NCBI RefSeq assembly: GCF_006345805.1
Contig: NC_043012.1
Location: 58,466,001 to 58,530,000, forward strand
Direction of reading: 5' to 3'
From: Octopus sinensis
Taxonomy: Eukaryota
Length of the DNA stretch: 64,000 nucleotides
Numbering within the stretch: position 1 is the stretch's first letter; every line of letters starts with the position of its first letter. The notes under the pieces are model-generated. The model saw nothing but the letters and a program-made list of their open reading frames with translations. It was not told where the DNA came from and ran no database searches. The translations under genes and the position numbers were made by a program. This document shows, piece by piece, positions 38,308 through 52,750 of the stretch.

Positions 38308-40151
38308 TTACCAAATATGAATTGCAAAGCTTATTCCATAATATATGGAAGAAAGACGTTTCTTGCTGCAGACATACGATCTGTCCATTCAGCAGATTGG
38401 AGCTTTTAATTAAACAAATTAACAATTCACTTTAAATAATTAGTCCAATGGTTATGAATAATGGAAATCAATTCTTTTCCATTGAGTTGCCTCGAATGTC
38501 ATATATTTGTGAGAGAAAAGAGCTGAGAGGCTGAGATGTTCGTTCGTTTATCATGGCATTTAATGCGAGTCGATTTTCGGTCAGTCTCGAAGAGGAGCAT
38601 TTATCGGCAGAGTATTGTTCCAAAATATACATATAACATTAATGCGAATTTTAGGCCGAAGTAGATTGAAGCAATGCGACAAGATCTGACCTTGACCTTA
38701 TCGTTAGGATCCAAGCAGAAAAGTGAAGTATATCTGCTCAGCACTTGATCGGTAATTTTGTCAAACTATAAAAGAGCAATGAGCCAAGTTGACAACTTTA
38801 GAGTTTGAATACAGAATGTTGAACGAAAACACTATTTAAAATCCCAGCCAACTATTTGAGCATTTTGCGAAAAATACTATCCAAATCTACTTCAAATCTC
38901 ATGCCATTCTGTTAAATATCGAAACAACAGACTGGAAGATGTGTTCTGTGATATACAACTGGACAGGATAATCATGGATGGAATGTCTACTCAAGCAAGG
39001 TTGACCTCAGACTAAACAACATCAACAACAACAGGAGTTCAATGGTTATGAGTAACGGAAATCAATTCTTTTCACCTAGGTTGTATCGTACGAAGGAAGA
39101 GCTGAGAGGCTGAGACAGAAAAAACAACAACGGTAAAAAACAACAGGGGCAGCAACGAAGGCAAATCATTGGTATTTGATTTAAGTAAGAATTGAACTTG
39201 CATTACAAAGTCATCTCACTCAACAAGTTTACCATCACGTAACAGTCTTCTAATCGCTCAATGTTCAATAAACCATTATTCTAAAGATAATTTTCTTGTT
39301 TGGCCTTTAGTCAATTTTCCAAATGCTAATGATAAAATAAAAGTTGTGCATTCTTCAAAATACTGATAGTGTAGAAATCCCTCTGGGAAATTGGTATTAA
39401 TTTTGTAGACAAGATTATGGTTTTCAATAATTATATCGGTCAATGGTATGAGTATGAATACGATGCTAGTGACTATACATCTCTGATGATAACTGAAAAT
39501 GACAGAATATATAACAATGTTGAGTGTAAGGAAAATAATGTTTATTTAAATGGCAAGAAAAGACACTGTATAAGATTTATCTGAGATGAAGCGAGCCGAC
39601 AGCTATGAATTTATGTTTTGGTTGTATTGGTTAATGGTGAAATTATTTGATATATGTATCTTTCCAATGGATGCTGAACAGTAGAATAAGATATTCGCAT
39701 CCTAGCATCAAAAACAAAACGTAAAGGGTGAAAAGAAATAGAAAGGGAAAAAAACAGGGTGTGTGTGGGGGGGGGGGGGGGAGAGAGAAACATTGTAATA
39801 AGTGAAAACCTATTCCAGAGAATATGATTGCGGCTAAGAAACTATAATGTGCTGTAAACATTCTTATTTTTATTATTATTTCTTTTCAGACTCTCCTATA
39901 GTCACTCACTTACTGACAACATTTGCCTCTATACCGAGATACACAGAGGTTAAAGGTGGATGTTACGAGAATATAATGAGGAAAAAAAGTACAAAACATA
40001 CAAACAAATATACATGTAGATAAATGTATATGTCTATACATATACATATATAGATATCTACATATACCTATAAATATATATATATGTATTTATTTATGCG
40101 TGTATATATACGTATATATATATATATACACATATATATATATATATATAT

Positions 40152-40262
<111 letters not shown>

Positions 40263-40879
40263 TATGTATACGTATATGTAATTGACGACCATATCAGGTG
40301 CAGAGAGAATAATGGAGCATCGTATAGAAAATAACAAGAATAAAATTGCATCTGGGGAAGGCATCGGTGAATTGATAAGGCGAAAAGTAATTCCGGATTC
40401 TTTCGAAGCTCTATTTGGTTCTTATTTAATTTCTTATGCATTAATAGTTTGCTTGCGGTTTACACATATCACTTTTGCTAATACTACGTATATTTCCCTT
40501 TAATGAGCCCTACTTGGGTATTTCAGCTTAACGATTGCAACAAAAGGAATAACACACACACGTACACATATGTATATATATATATATACGTAGGTACATG
40601 TGCACGTGCGTGTATATATGTGCATATATATATATATGTGTGTGTGTAATTGTGTGTGTATGTATATTTGTGTGCGTATATGTGCGTATAAATGCATATA
40701 TATATATATATATTTATATATATTCGGCTAATGTTTGTATAATATGTGTGAATATATAGGTGTTCATATATGAATGTGTATGTGTGTATGTGTGTACGTG
40801 CAAATGTATATAGAAATGAAGTGTGTCTGTGGATTGAATATGGACAGATGTACATATATTTCTGAATTCATATATATAA

Positions 40880-40910
<31 letters not shown>

Positions 40911-41002
40911 TATGTATACATACATACATATATCTTTACTATATGTATATATACATATATCTTTATTATATGTATTTATGTATATATATGTATGTATGTA
41001 TG

Positions 41003-41035
<33 letters not shown>

Positions 41036-41875
41036 ATATGTAATAGCATTGTGCTGTGCCCTAGGAAAAGCAAATGAACCTCACATTCCTTGCTTATCGA
41101 GATGTAACACGGATAAGAGAGTGGAAATGTGACAGGGCCGTTATCTAAATGGAAAGCGTTGAGGATATGAAGGAGAGGTGGGGCGGCGTCAGTGTAAAGG
41201 GCTGAGATTAAATCCCTTTACATTGAATTCGAATCTACTGTCATATTGTTGCTTTCAGACGTTTTTCTTCTTTCTCTGCTCTTACTTGACTGATATAATC
41301 TTTTCTCATCTTCGCCATGTTCCTTAATCATTGTCAGCCACAAGTAGGAGAACGTCTTATCTATTTATATTCCATTATATACCATTGTCTGTGCATTACA
41401 CTGTAGTGGCAAAATGGCGTCTCTAATAATTCTCTGTGTGGAACTCTTCATTTTATATATTTTGTTTCACTTCGTCAAGCTGTTAGGAAGAGATAATGAC
41501 CTTGTAAGAGAAAAGATTTTGAGTATTTGGATTATATGTGAATACATGTTGTCGGTTCTTTATTTCGTTTAGAGTAAATACGAGGAGACAGAAAATAGGT
41601 TCTTATGCGCAAGGTTGAAATTTTGAACTTCCTTCTTAGAATACCCAAATCTGTACAATTACTTGAGTTTACATGTAAAATATGTATTTATTCCCATATT
41701 TGTATTAATACCTAAAGGTGTGTTACTAATTCATTTTTCCCAACGCCCCACTTCGAATTACCAAAAACTAAACAGAAAAATATGTAAACCAAAATGCATA
41801 TAATGATTGCCACAAATTGTCACTTCATAGCCGTCTCACATTGAACTTGACTGCTTTGATTTTGTTTCCAGCATT

Positions 41876-42183
41876 GCAATGGTCCAGTGGTTAGGGCAGC
41901 GGACTCACGGTCGGAGGATCGCGATTTCGATTCCTAGACCGGGCGTTGTGTGTGTTTATTGAGCGAAAACACCTATAGCTCTACCAGGCTTCGGCAGGGG
42001 GTGGTGCGACCTCTGTTGTACTCTTTCGCCCCAACTTTCCCTCACTCTTTCTTCCTGTTTCTTGAGTAACGCTGCGATGGACTGGCGTCCCGTCCAGCTG
42101 GGGGGAACACATACGTCACAGAAACCGGGAAACCGGGCCCATGAGCCTTGCTAGGCTTGAAAAGGGCGCATAAATAAATAAAT
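41876..42183 (+). mobile_element. tRNA-derived SINE (head X, tail Q)
   Basis: Head nearly the same as 16213-16400. Tail GCGATGGACTGGCGTCCCGTCCAG...(TAAA)n. Confidence 0.85.
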
Positions 42184-43046
42184 TGCAAGAAGAAAAACGT
42201 CTGAAAGCATCAATATAACAGCTGATTCGAAAGATATGACTTTTAAGCCGAACCAATGGCTGATATGGTACGAAACACAAATGGCAGATGTGATATTGTG
42301 TCTACACAGGATCTATTTCATTATTTTTTGTCAGTTGTTGTTGATGAGCTTTGAGGAGACATTTTAGACTAGAATTGGTCTTGCATGTCTTGTTGGACTT
42401 GCAGCAAATATCTACTGTGTCCTTCAGGTCCCTCTATCTGTAGAAATATCTGTGTTGATATCTAAAAAAAAATTAAAAAACATTACGGAATCATTTTTAT
42501 CCAACAACTGACTACGAATTTCTAAAATCCGAAAAAGAAACAAAAAGCAAAAAAAAAAAAAAGGGAGAGAAACGTTCTGCAGCATGTTGCAAATATTCAA
42601 AGGAACATTTAATTAAAAGTATCGAAAATTTTCTTGTTACTAATGCCCTACTCTGAAGTAACCTACACCTGTCAGTGAGAAACACTGGTCCGTAGACAAT
42701 ATTGGGGCAATAATATAATGGATAAGAGAAGAAAAAAAAAATTAGGAAAATTCCTTTTTTACTGAGCTTCTGTGTTTTCTAGGAGTAAGGCTGCAAATGT
42801 TTCGTAGGCTGGACACATAAACTTAATCCTTGAAATAGAGAAGATTGTTAAATGGACAACTGGGCGAATGTGAGTATTTCAAATCACTCGGTCGGTTACG
42901 TCAGCACATTTATTTCACATTTATTCCAGCTCCCTTCGCCTGAGTGCGATTTTTGCAACGTTTTATCACGGAATAACAGTACATCGCATTTTATGGGAGA
43001 AAATTCCAATTTTCTACATCTGTATCACTAACATACTGGAAATAAG

Positions 43047-43400
43047 TGAAGGTGCATGGTTTAGTGGTTAGAGCGTCGGGCTCACAATCATGGGGTAGTG
43101 AGTCCGATTCCAGTATCGGGCTGTGCGTTGTAATCTTGAGCAAGACACTTTATTTCACGTTACTCCAGTTCACTCGGCTGTAGAAATGAGTTGCGACGTC
43201 ACTGGTGCTAAGCTGTATCGGTCTTTGCCTTTCCCTTGTATACCATGGGTTTCATAGTGGGGGAGGCAGGTATGCATGGGTGATTGCTGGTCTTCCATAT
43301 ACAACCCTAAATGGGCTTGTGCCTTGGAGGGTAACTTTTTTGGTGTTACCCCATGGTCATTTATGACCGAAGGAGGTCATTTACCCTCACCATTTACCCT
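43047..43400 (+). mobile_element. tRNA-derived SINE (head Y, tail R)
   Basis: TGGTTTAGTGGTTAGAGC...CTTGAGCAAGACACTT...(TTTACCC) tail. Homologous to 44095-44435. Confidence 0.8.
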
Positions 43401-44094
43401 TTCATTGGATATAGTATAAGTGGAGTAACACCCATTAGACTTTCATGGTTCCTTGTATTCTTCTATGAAAGCTCACTGCACTTATAACATGTGACCTATT
43501 AAACCCTGTTACATGATTAGGTCAAGGTGGCTAAAGCAGCCGTCCACTAGGTTTTTGAGCAGGGAAGGTTATTTGAAATTCAGCAAGCCAAACACAAAAT
43601 CCTTTTTTAAATGGACAGATAAACACAGAATAAAGCCAATGAGTATTTAGCAATGGTGTGTATGATGGTGGGGGTACATAGATATATCAGAGAGGGTGAA
43701 CAAGTGAGTGTCACTCTAAGGTATTTTTCGGATTGAAAAATTCCTAGATCCTCTTTCAATGTGCCTCGCAGTGAGATATCATGGGATATTTAGCTATGGT
43801 GGATGACTTGTAAACCAGTGAACCCTCTTAAATCATGGTGACTAAAGACGCACTCTTCTACATTTTTCTAGCGGGGAGGGTTGTTTGAAAACTTGAACTC
43901 AACTGTTGAAGAAATGAATGAACCAAGACTAAAAGTGAACGGGTAGCAGTAGTATGTATGGTGGCGGGGGGTGCGCATAGATATAACTGAAAGGGTGAAT
44001 AAATGCTCTCGAAATGTAAGAGCATTCTGAGACCGAAGAACTTTCGGATAATCCCAGAAAGACTATCTCACAGTTAGACATTTACGGTCCATAC

Positions 44095-44435
44095 CTGCAT
44101 GGGTCAGTAGTTAGGGGTCGGACCCACACTCATGAATTAGTGAATTCGATTCCTGGATCAGGCTGTCTGCTGTGTTCGTTAGCAAGACACTTTATCTCAC
44201 ATTGCTCCTGTTCAATCATCTGAAGAAATGAGTTGCGACGTCATTGGTGCCAAGCTTTTTTGGCGTTTGCTTTCCTTTGGGTAAACATCAGTGTCGTGGA
44301 GAGAAATGACTGGTATGCTTGGGCGACTGCTGGTCTTCCATAAACAGCCTTGTCCAGATTTGCGCCCCGGCGGGTAACATTCTTTGTGCAATCCCATGGT
44401 CATTCATGGCCGAAGTGGTCTTTACTCCTTACCCT
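44095..44435 (+). mobile_element. tRNA-derived SINE (head Y, tail R)
   Basis: Colinear with 43047-43400. Confidence 0.8.
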
Positions 44436-45012
44436 TTTCCTGTTGTGAGTAACTATTCCCTTTCACAGCTCTGTTTCCTTATGGGCGACACCACAAAGAA
44501 TAAATCTACATGAGTATAATTTGAAAGAACAACTTGTGGTATTCAGTTTTAAGGCGGATCCAGAGAATTTTGTGGTGACGGCCTTTTGATGTTGGGAGAA
44601 TTACCAGCCGTCTTGGGTAACACATGCTATTCTGCAACCCTCTGATTACCGGTATATCAGTAAAAAATGTGGCCTCTTACATTGTAATTCAATCGAAATT
44701 CAGCATATTGCCATGCATCTAAAGGAAAATATATTCACAGTGGTATTAAAAGGATTTATATTATTGGCACACGCGCAATATTTTGTGAAAGGAAATAGTG
44801 AATTCGCAGTATTTCGCTGGTACCACATTTTATCGACTCGGCTCTCCCATTCCGAAAGCTTTGATGGATTTGAAATCAAAACGTAAAAACCGGAACAAAT
44901 ATCGCAAGCTTAACTATTATAAGTGTACGTATATACGTAAGGATACACACACTTGCTCTCTCGCTCTCTCACACTCACATACATACACATACAGACGGGA
45001 ACGCACACACTC

Positions 45013-45054
<42 letters not shown>

Positions 45055-45161
45055 CTATATCTATCTATCTATCAATCTATCTGTCTGTCTGTCTGTCTGT
45101 CTGTCTGTATGTATGTATGTCTGTATGTCTGTCTATCTGTCAGTCTGTCTGTCTGACTATC

Positions 45162-45245
<84 letters not shown>

Positions 45246-46211
45246 ATCTATCTGTACACACACACACGCGTATGTATGTACGTATGTGTGTCTGTGTGTG
45301 CATGTGTTTCTGTGCTTATTTATATATGCTTATATGTATATCTATGTCTATATCTGTACCTCTTTATATATGCATCTAAAGATACACATACACACATATG
45401 TATATACCTATGCCATATAACCCTTTGGATAACTTAGTATATTCCTCTAACGCCAGCCGTTCTGCATGCAGATGTTATCCGCAGCTATTTCTAAGACACA
45501 ATGCATTACACAGTAGTATAAAGCCCAAACTACTGACATACATATTCCTAAGTGCTTTCTTTCCATTGAAAAAAAAATGTGTCCTATGACTCATCTCAAC
45601 ATTACACTAATCATTGAACAAGTTACTATAGCAGATCGACTCGTAACTTTGCAATGATTATTTTATGAAAAGAAAAGGGAAGGAAGATTTTCCTATAATA
45701 AAATTCGTGCTTTGAATGGGACAACGAAAGTTGAATACCTTTACAGCATACTGTGGTGAACCTTTCAACTGATCACCTCAATTTGACCTGGGCCCACCCA
45801 CCACGTACTTTCGGCAAATAGAACGCATAGAGGCTGATCTGGTTACTTTAATTCAGTGTGCCGGAAATAGTAAAGGATTGGAAGTCTTCTTACATGAAGA
45901 GCAAAGGTTAAATGTATTTTTTGCTGCACGTACACGCACAGAAAATCAAGCGCGCAGACTTACATACACACACGCACACACAAACACACACAGACACACA
46001 TACGCTCGCGCACACCCTCAGACGCACACACACACGTACATAAACACGTACTTACATACTAACGCACACTAACACAGAAATCCACAGGTTCACAGTCAAA
46101 ACGAGATACACGCAAAACAAGTGTATGCACACAATGTGTGCATTCTGTGTGTGCATATGTATATATATGTGTATTTAGATATGATTATGTAGGAGTGGGG
46201 TATGTTTAACT

Positions 46212-46296
<85 letters not shown>

Positions 46297-46302
46297 CATA
46301 CA

Positions 46303-46334
<32 letters not shown>

Positions 46335-46631
46335 CACATACGGCGCGCGCAAGCATACACAAAGGCACACATACATTCACGTATATGTATAAATAAATAA
46401 AAAATAAAAAAAGATATAAATAAGTAAATGAGTGGAAGCTTTACCGATGAGTGTGTTAAGTAATAAGGCACTAAAAGTAAATGAATCTCCCCAAACACAA
46501 AATATGCTTCAAAACACGAAGTCACATAAAGAATCTTAGAAACCAAATCCCAAAACGAAATACATATATATATATATAAACGAAATGAAATACATACATA
46601 CAGATATACATACATACATACATACATACCT

Positions 46632-46667
<36 letters not shown>

Positions 46668-46681
46668 ATATATATATACAG

Positions 46682-46921
46682 ACGATAAGAAAATGGAGAT
46701 AAATAAAGATCAGAAGTGGATCTTTTTCTATAACACCAAGTATCCACTTCTCATTGTTATTGATTTCTGCACTTTCTTATCGTATGTATATACATTAAAC
46801 TACGGTTTACCTTTAAATTACTCACTATCGTATACCTTGTAACAAGGACCATCCATACTGAGGTAATTAACAGGTGTGGCTCTGGATACAACTATCCCTT
46901 ACATGGTTTTCATACATCTAA

Positions 46922-46960
<39 letters not shown>

Positions 46961-47480
46961 CTCTGGTGTTTCTCCACTTGTGTAGCTTATTCCAGAGCTG
47001 ATCTGAACCTAACTGAATAATTCAAACACGTCTTATTATCTTGTGAGCCTTCGAAGTCACTGCCAACAAAATAATGAAACGTAAAATCTGTTTTGTAGTG
47101 TATCATTTATTCAGTAAATGTTCGTTTTATTTTCTGTATATGTGAAAATCACTCATTTTATGCGGATGTATTCCTCTGATCCTCTATACCTATGCATATA
47201 CATATATATATATATATATATATACGATAAGAAAATGGAGATAAATAAAGATCAGAAGTGGATCTTTTTCTATAACACCAAGTATCCACTTCTCATTGTT
47301 ATTGATTTCTGCACTTTCTTATCGTATGTATATACATTAATCTACGGTTTACCTTTAAATTACTCACTATCGTATACCTTGTAACAAGGACCATCCATAC
47401 TGAGGTAATTAACAGGTGTGGCTCTGGATACAACATCCCTTACATGGTTTTCATACATCTAACTTATATATATATATATA

Positions 47481-47511
<31 letters not shown>

Positions 47512-47780
47512 TATATATATATATATAACTCTGGTTTTCTCCACTTGTGTAGCTTATTCCAGAGCTGATCTGAACCTAACTGAATAATTCAAACACGTCT
47601 TATTATCTTGTGAGCCTTCGAAGTCACTGCCAACAAAATAATGAAACGTAAAATCTGTTTTGTAGTGTATCATTTATTCAGTAAATGTTCGTTTTATTTT
47701 CTGTATATGTGAAAATCACTCATTTTATGCGGATGTATTCCTCTGATCCTCTATACCTATGCATATACATATATATATAT
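46682..47780. repeat. Near-identical tandem duplication, unit about 542 bp
   Basis: acgataagaaaatggagataaataaagatcag starts at 46682 and again at 47224. Confidence 0.95.
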
Positions 47781-47820
47781 AATATATATATATATATAAT
47801 ATATATATATATTATATATA

Positions 47821-47870
<50 letters not shown>

Positions 47871-48358
47871 GTATGTATATATGCATATATGCATAAAAAA
47901 AATTACGTTTTTTCTTTTCTTAAGGCTTAAGGCTGTATCATGCGCGGTGACATAGAAATAACCGGACTGAATACCCGATCGCGCAGTTAAACCATTGGAA
48001 GTGAAGGACTCCTAGCTTTTGTATGGGCATCCTTCTAGGAGAAGATAACTCAGGTAACTGGGATAACTCCGACACAAAACCTGCGGCTCAATGGTTACCG
48101 ATGATGTTGACTTGTTCTTCTTTTCGGATTATGGCTGCTGTTGCTTAGTGAGTGGGATTGACTCAGTGCACAGCCTTTCCCCACTTAAAAAAAAATTTCC
48201 TGCACAGGCATTGCACGATAACAACATTGTTCATGACTGTTGATGGTGCTGTGAGTCTCAACTGAATGGCTGGCTGTAGCCTTAAAAAGCAAATAAAAGT
48301 TAAGCTTCATGCAATGGCCATACTCGATAACGAGTGGGCAGACATCATATATGCATAA

Positions 48359-48414
<56 letters not shown>

Positions 48415-48457
48415 ATATTATATATGTATATATATGTGAATGTATGCATAAAATATA

Positions 48458-48498
<41 letters not shown>

Positions 48499-48653
48499 TG
48501 GATATATATATATATGTGGGTGTATGTACTTACGTACTTACGTACAAACACACTCACATATATATACTTATAAACAGCTAGGCACAATGTAGGTGCTTCG
48601 GGACCCTAAGTCACACTTAGTGAGGATTAAATTTTTCCCTTGTACATATATAT

Positions 48654-48990
48654 GGGAGCTAAATACATTATACGGTCTTTCTCGCCGATGAAAACATATT
48701 TGCGATAGCGTTTTGTGGTGTGTAGCAGGTGTAGACGCTGTTTAACAAGTACCTCAATGCACACATCAATTTATATAATGGCGAGAATAGGCAACATAGA
48801 AGAAATTACTGTTACAAATTTGTAACTTTCAATGCAACACGATATTGGAAACCATAGTGCGAAATTAATTTCTACTTAAAATCTTTATAGACCACTTGTT
48901 AAACGGCATCTACACGTGGTGTACAACCCAGACCGCGATCGCGGATATGCTTTCATCAGTGAGAAAGACCGTATAATGTATTTTGCTCCC
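48654..48990. repeat. Inverted repeat with arms of about 100 bp
   Basis: gggagctaaatacattatacggtctttctc... mirrored by ...gagaaagaccgtataatgtattttgctccc. Confidence 0.85.
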
Positions 48991-49081
48991 CTCCATGCGA
49001 CAATACTATGGCGAGAAATTGTCTCTGATATAAAAAATATAATTACTACTTTATCCTTTTAATCATAGATATAATTACCTA

Positions 49082-49227
49082 GTGGTTCGGCAAAAGAGAC
49101 CGATAGAATAAGTACTGGGCTTACAAAAGTATAAGTCCCGGGGTCGAGTTGCTCGATTAAAGGTGGTGCTCCAGCATGGCCGCAGTCAAATGACTGAAAC
49201 AAGTAAAAGAGTAAAAGAGTAAAGAGT
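49082..49227 (+). mobile_element. SINE family 1, 3' half
   Basis: ggttcggcaaaagagaccgatagaataagtactgggc...aagtaaaagagtaaaagag. Confidence 0.85.
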
Positions 49228-50146
49228 ATATAAAGGGGATAGCGTTCTTGTACGACTAAGAATGTGATATGATCTCCGTGTTAAGTAAATGTGTAAATGC
49301 ACGTGGCTCAGAGTGTGAGTTCGTCATCACACGGTCGTGGATTCGAGCTCCAGGCGAGATGGTGTATGCCTTGTCATTCAACAAAGTATTTCTCATTCAT
49401 TTCCTGACGTTCTGTTCTAGTCTACTGAACTATAAACGAGTACTAGCCAGTTGCTTCTTCATCCTCATTTCCCCCCAGCTGTCGCATTTTGGATGTAACG
49501 CAAAGACACGGAAGAAAGAAAGATGAGTGGAGACCAGTTTGTGTCTATAAATGCCCTCATCTACTTAGACACCCACAAACACTTAGCGAAACAGTAATAC
49601 AAGCTATAAGGCCAAACGTGCTTCTAAGTGAAGGCTATGTTTCCCTTAAGAAAGCGTTAAACATGCTAATGGCCCAGGTTGACACAATCTCACAAATTTA
49701 CTTCTCTTAGAAATAAGCAATTAAGAAGGCTTCACTAGCTGCTTTAGCTCACTTTAGGTCAGCACTGGTCAGGCAGGCTGAAGATGAAAGAAAATTTTGC
49801 CATGGTCATCCAGTCCAATGTTATTGACATCTATTCCTTCTGTGTGAAAATCTCACCAAGGTTAACTTTTCCGTTCACCTAACTTGGGTCGGCAAAATAA
49901 AGTATCAGTTGTTAAAATAAAGTACCATTCCAAGTACTTGTATTGGGTTCGATGGTAGCGTCTTGAATTTACAACCCTTGAGACTTCACGAAAATTATTA
50001 TTGATGGTGTTGTAAGCAGTGAAATGCATTATCCAATGTGTTGTTTCGTTTAAAAAGGTGATGTAACGAATGTGATGGAGACATAGTTGCTATTTCTAGT
50101 GGTTTGGCTATCAGTAAGTAATATAGATATGGAATTCTCTCCCCCT

Positions 50147-50230
<84 letters not shown>

Positions 50231-50241
50231 TATATATGTAT

Positions 50242-50525
50242 AGTTAATCCAAACATGAAAACACAAAGAGAAAAACACAACAACGAGAGGACGTGGAACA
50301 AGTATTAGTGTTATTGGACGCTCAGGAAAGGAAAGAAAGAAGGAGGACTTAACGTTTCAAGCGGAGCTCTTCGTCAGAAACATAGAAAAAGGAAAAGTCC
50401 AAGGAAGGGAAGATGGAGGAAGAAAATCGCCAACGATACACACGCGGTCACATATTGAAATGACCGGAAGGGAATGGGTGAAGAAAAAGTTCTTTCAAAG
50501 AGAGGAGAGTGAAAAGGAAGGCGGT
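50242..50525 (-). mobile_element. HHR family D short element
   Basis: Minus strand TTT-CTGACGA-A-GAGC-TCC-GCTT-GAAACGTT-AAG at about 50346-50381. Homologous to 63852-64000. Confidence 0.8.
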
Positions 50526-50952
50526 ATATGTGTGTATATGTGGGTATATGCGTGCGCACAGGTCTGTGTGTGTGCGTGTGTGTAATGATAGCACGTGTGT
50601 GTGTGTATCTGTTGTGTTTATGTGTGCATCTGTGAACAGTGTGAACGATATACAATTAACTTGTGCTTCAGTAAATTTACTGCTTACTAGCGTTGCTCTC
50701 TTCTTCCCACGACTAGATATGTTGGTTGCCCTAGACGTACGTTATTTCAAAAAAAAAAGAAAAAAAAAGAAAAAAGAAGATCGACATTCGCAACAGGCCA
50801 ACATCCACACCGTTATGTCTCATGGGACCCACCGCCTATTCCATCGTAAAATCCTTCAACTAGGCACCCAACCATCTAATCAACCAACCTACCCCATACA
50901 TAGTTGAACAAACACTTTCCATAAGCCTCCCAGAACATTTCCCCCTTATCAG

Positions 50953-50993
<41 letters not shown>

Positions 50994-51003
50994 TCTGTCT
51001 CCC

Positions 51004-51044
<41 letters not shown>

Positions 51045-51266
51045 ATCTCTCGCCAAGATTCCACATGTCTTTATTAAACAAAACCTCAGTTTGGCACGAA
51101 TCACAACGAATCAGAAATAAAGACTTTTAGCAAACATAACCCGACATTCAATATAGATTATTGTGTAAAGAGAATTAAAACATGGTATTTTAATTTGTTT
51201 TACATTAGCTTACTACTATTATTTTCATTATCGTTATTATCATCATCAAGCATCATCGACGTCACT

Positions 51267-51404
51267 TTCTTCTTCTTCTTCTTCTTCTTCTTCTTCTTCT
51301 TCTTCTTCTTCTTCTTCTTCTTCTTCTTCTTCTTCTTCTTCTTCTTCTTCTTCTTCTTCTTCTTCTTCTTCTTCTTCTTCTTCTTCTTCTTCTTCTTCTT
51401 CTTC
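51267..51404. repeat. Pure (TTC)n tract, about 46 units
   Basis: Direct reading. Confidence 0.95.
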
Positions 51405-51886
51405 TAGTTAAGATTATTATCCTTATTATTAGTAGTAGTATTACTATTATCATCATCATCATCATCAACAACATCATTATTGTTATTATATTATTATTAT
51501 TGGTAGTAGTACTAGTAGTATTACTATTATCATCATTATTATTATTACTATTATCGTCAGCATTCTTCTTCTTTTTCTTCTTCTTATTCGTCTTCGTTTT
51601 CTTCTTCTTCTTCTTATTATTATTATTGTTATTATTAATGTTGTTATATTATATTATAGTTATTTGTTAGGTGTTTGCTTGCTTTTTGTCTGACGTCGAA
51701 TTGGTGCCAAAAAGTTTCATATTTCTCTTCTTGCGCCTAAAAGCGTCTACAACATCGTAGTAACAATTTCAAAATATGAAATCCAAATTGAGTATGAACA
51801 AAATAAAAAAAAACAACAACAACAACAAAAACACAACAGCCCTCAAAAAAACACAACAACAGCAGCCAGCTACAACAACATCAACA

Positions 51887-51918
<32 letters not shown>

Positions 51919-52109
51919 GATACATGGCAGAGTATATAACAGTCCTAAAGGAAGTTGTAAAAATGAGATGGCAAAATATATAACAAAATAATTGATCACG
52001 AGAATCAAAACAGCAAACATTAACGTGTAAATAATTCACAAGATTTAAAAGAGACAGAGAAGATTGGAAGGGCAATAAATAAATACATATATATATGTAT
52101 ATAGGTGCT

Positions 52110-52140
<31 letters not shown>

Positions 52141-52218
52141 ATGTATACATGAACGTACATATATATTTGTGTGCATATACACACATAGATACATATATAT
52201 ATACTTATATATATATAT

Positions 52219-52296
<78 letters not shown>

Positions 52297-52750
52297 GAGA
52301 TGACTAATTGTGTACATGTATGTATACAGATATATACACAATAAGTCATCTCGCTTTATCCCCAAATAAGTTTGAAATAAAGTAAAAACATTCAGATAAG
52401 CAGTTTATATAATTTATGTGTGTACGTGTGCGTGTGTGAGTATGTATGTGTTTGTGTGCATATATATATATATATATCTTGTAAATTATGTATATATATA
52501 TATATATATCGAGGAGAGTAAATGTATCCATACTTATACATGTATCAACACATTTATGTGTTTGCGGATAACACTTAACACTCATGCGCACACAGCCAGA
52601 CGCACGGAGACACATCAACACATCACTGTACGGCGCAGATATTTGTGAACTAAATATATGCACATGCATACATACATACATACATACATACATTTGTATG
52701 CAAGTTTAATATCTGCATGTGAGCGTGTTTAATATCTATATGTGAGCGTG

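Noticed and set aside
39890-39948. Possible small exon after a strong acceptor
   Set aside because: Donor GTTAAA is weak and the peptide is unrecognised.
46440-46482. HHR-like CCGATGA-GTGT...GCAC-TAAAAGTA
   Set aside because: Both core segments are mutated and it is a single copy.
47925-48300. Possible RTE-type 5' UTR fragment (also 14080-14210, minus)
   Set aside because: Resemblance from memory only, with no coding support.
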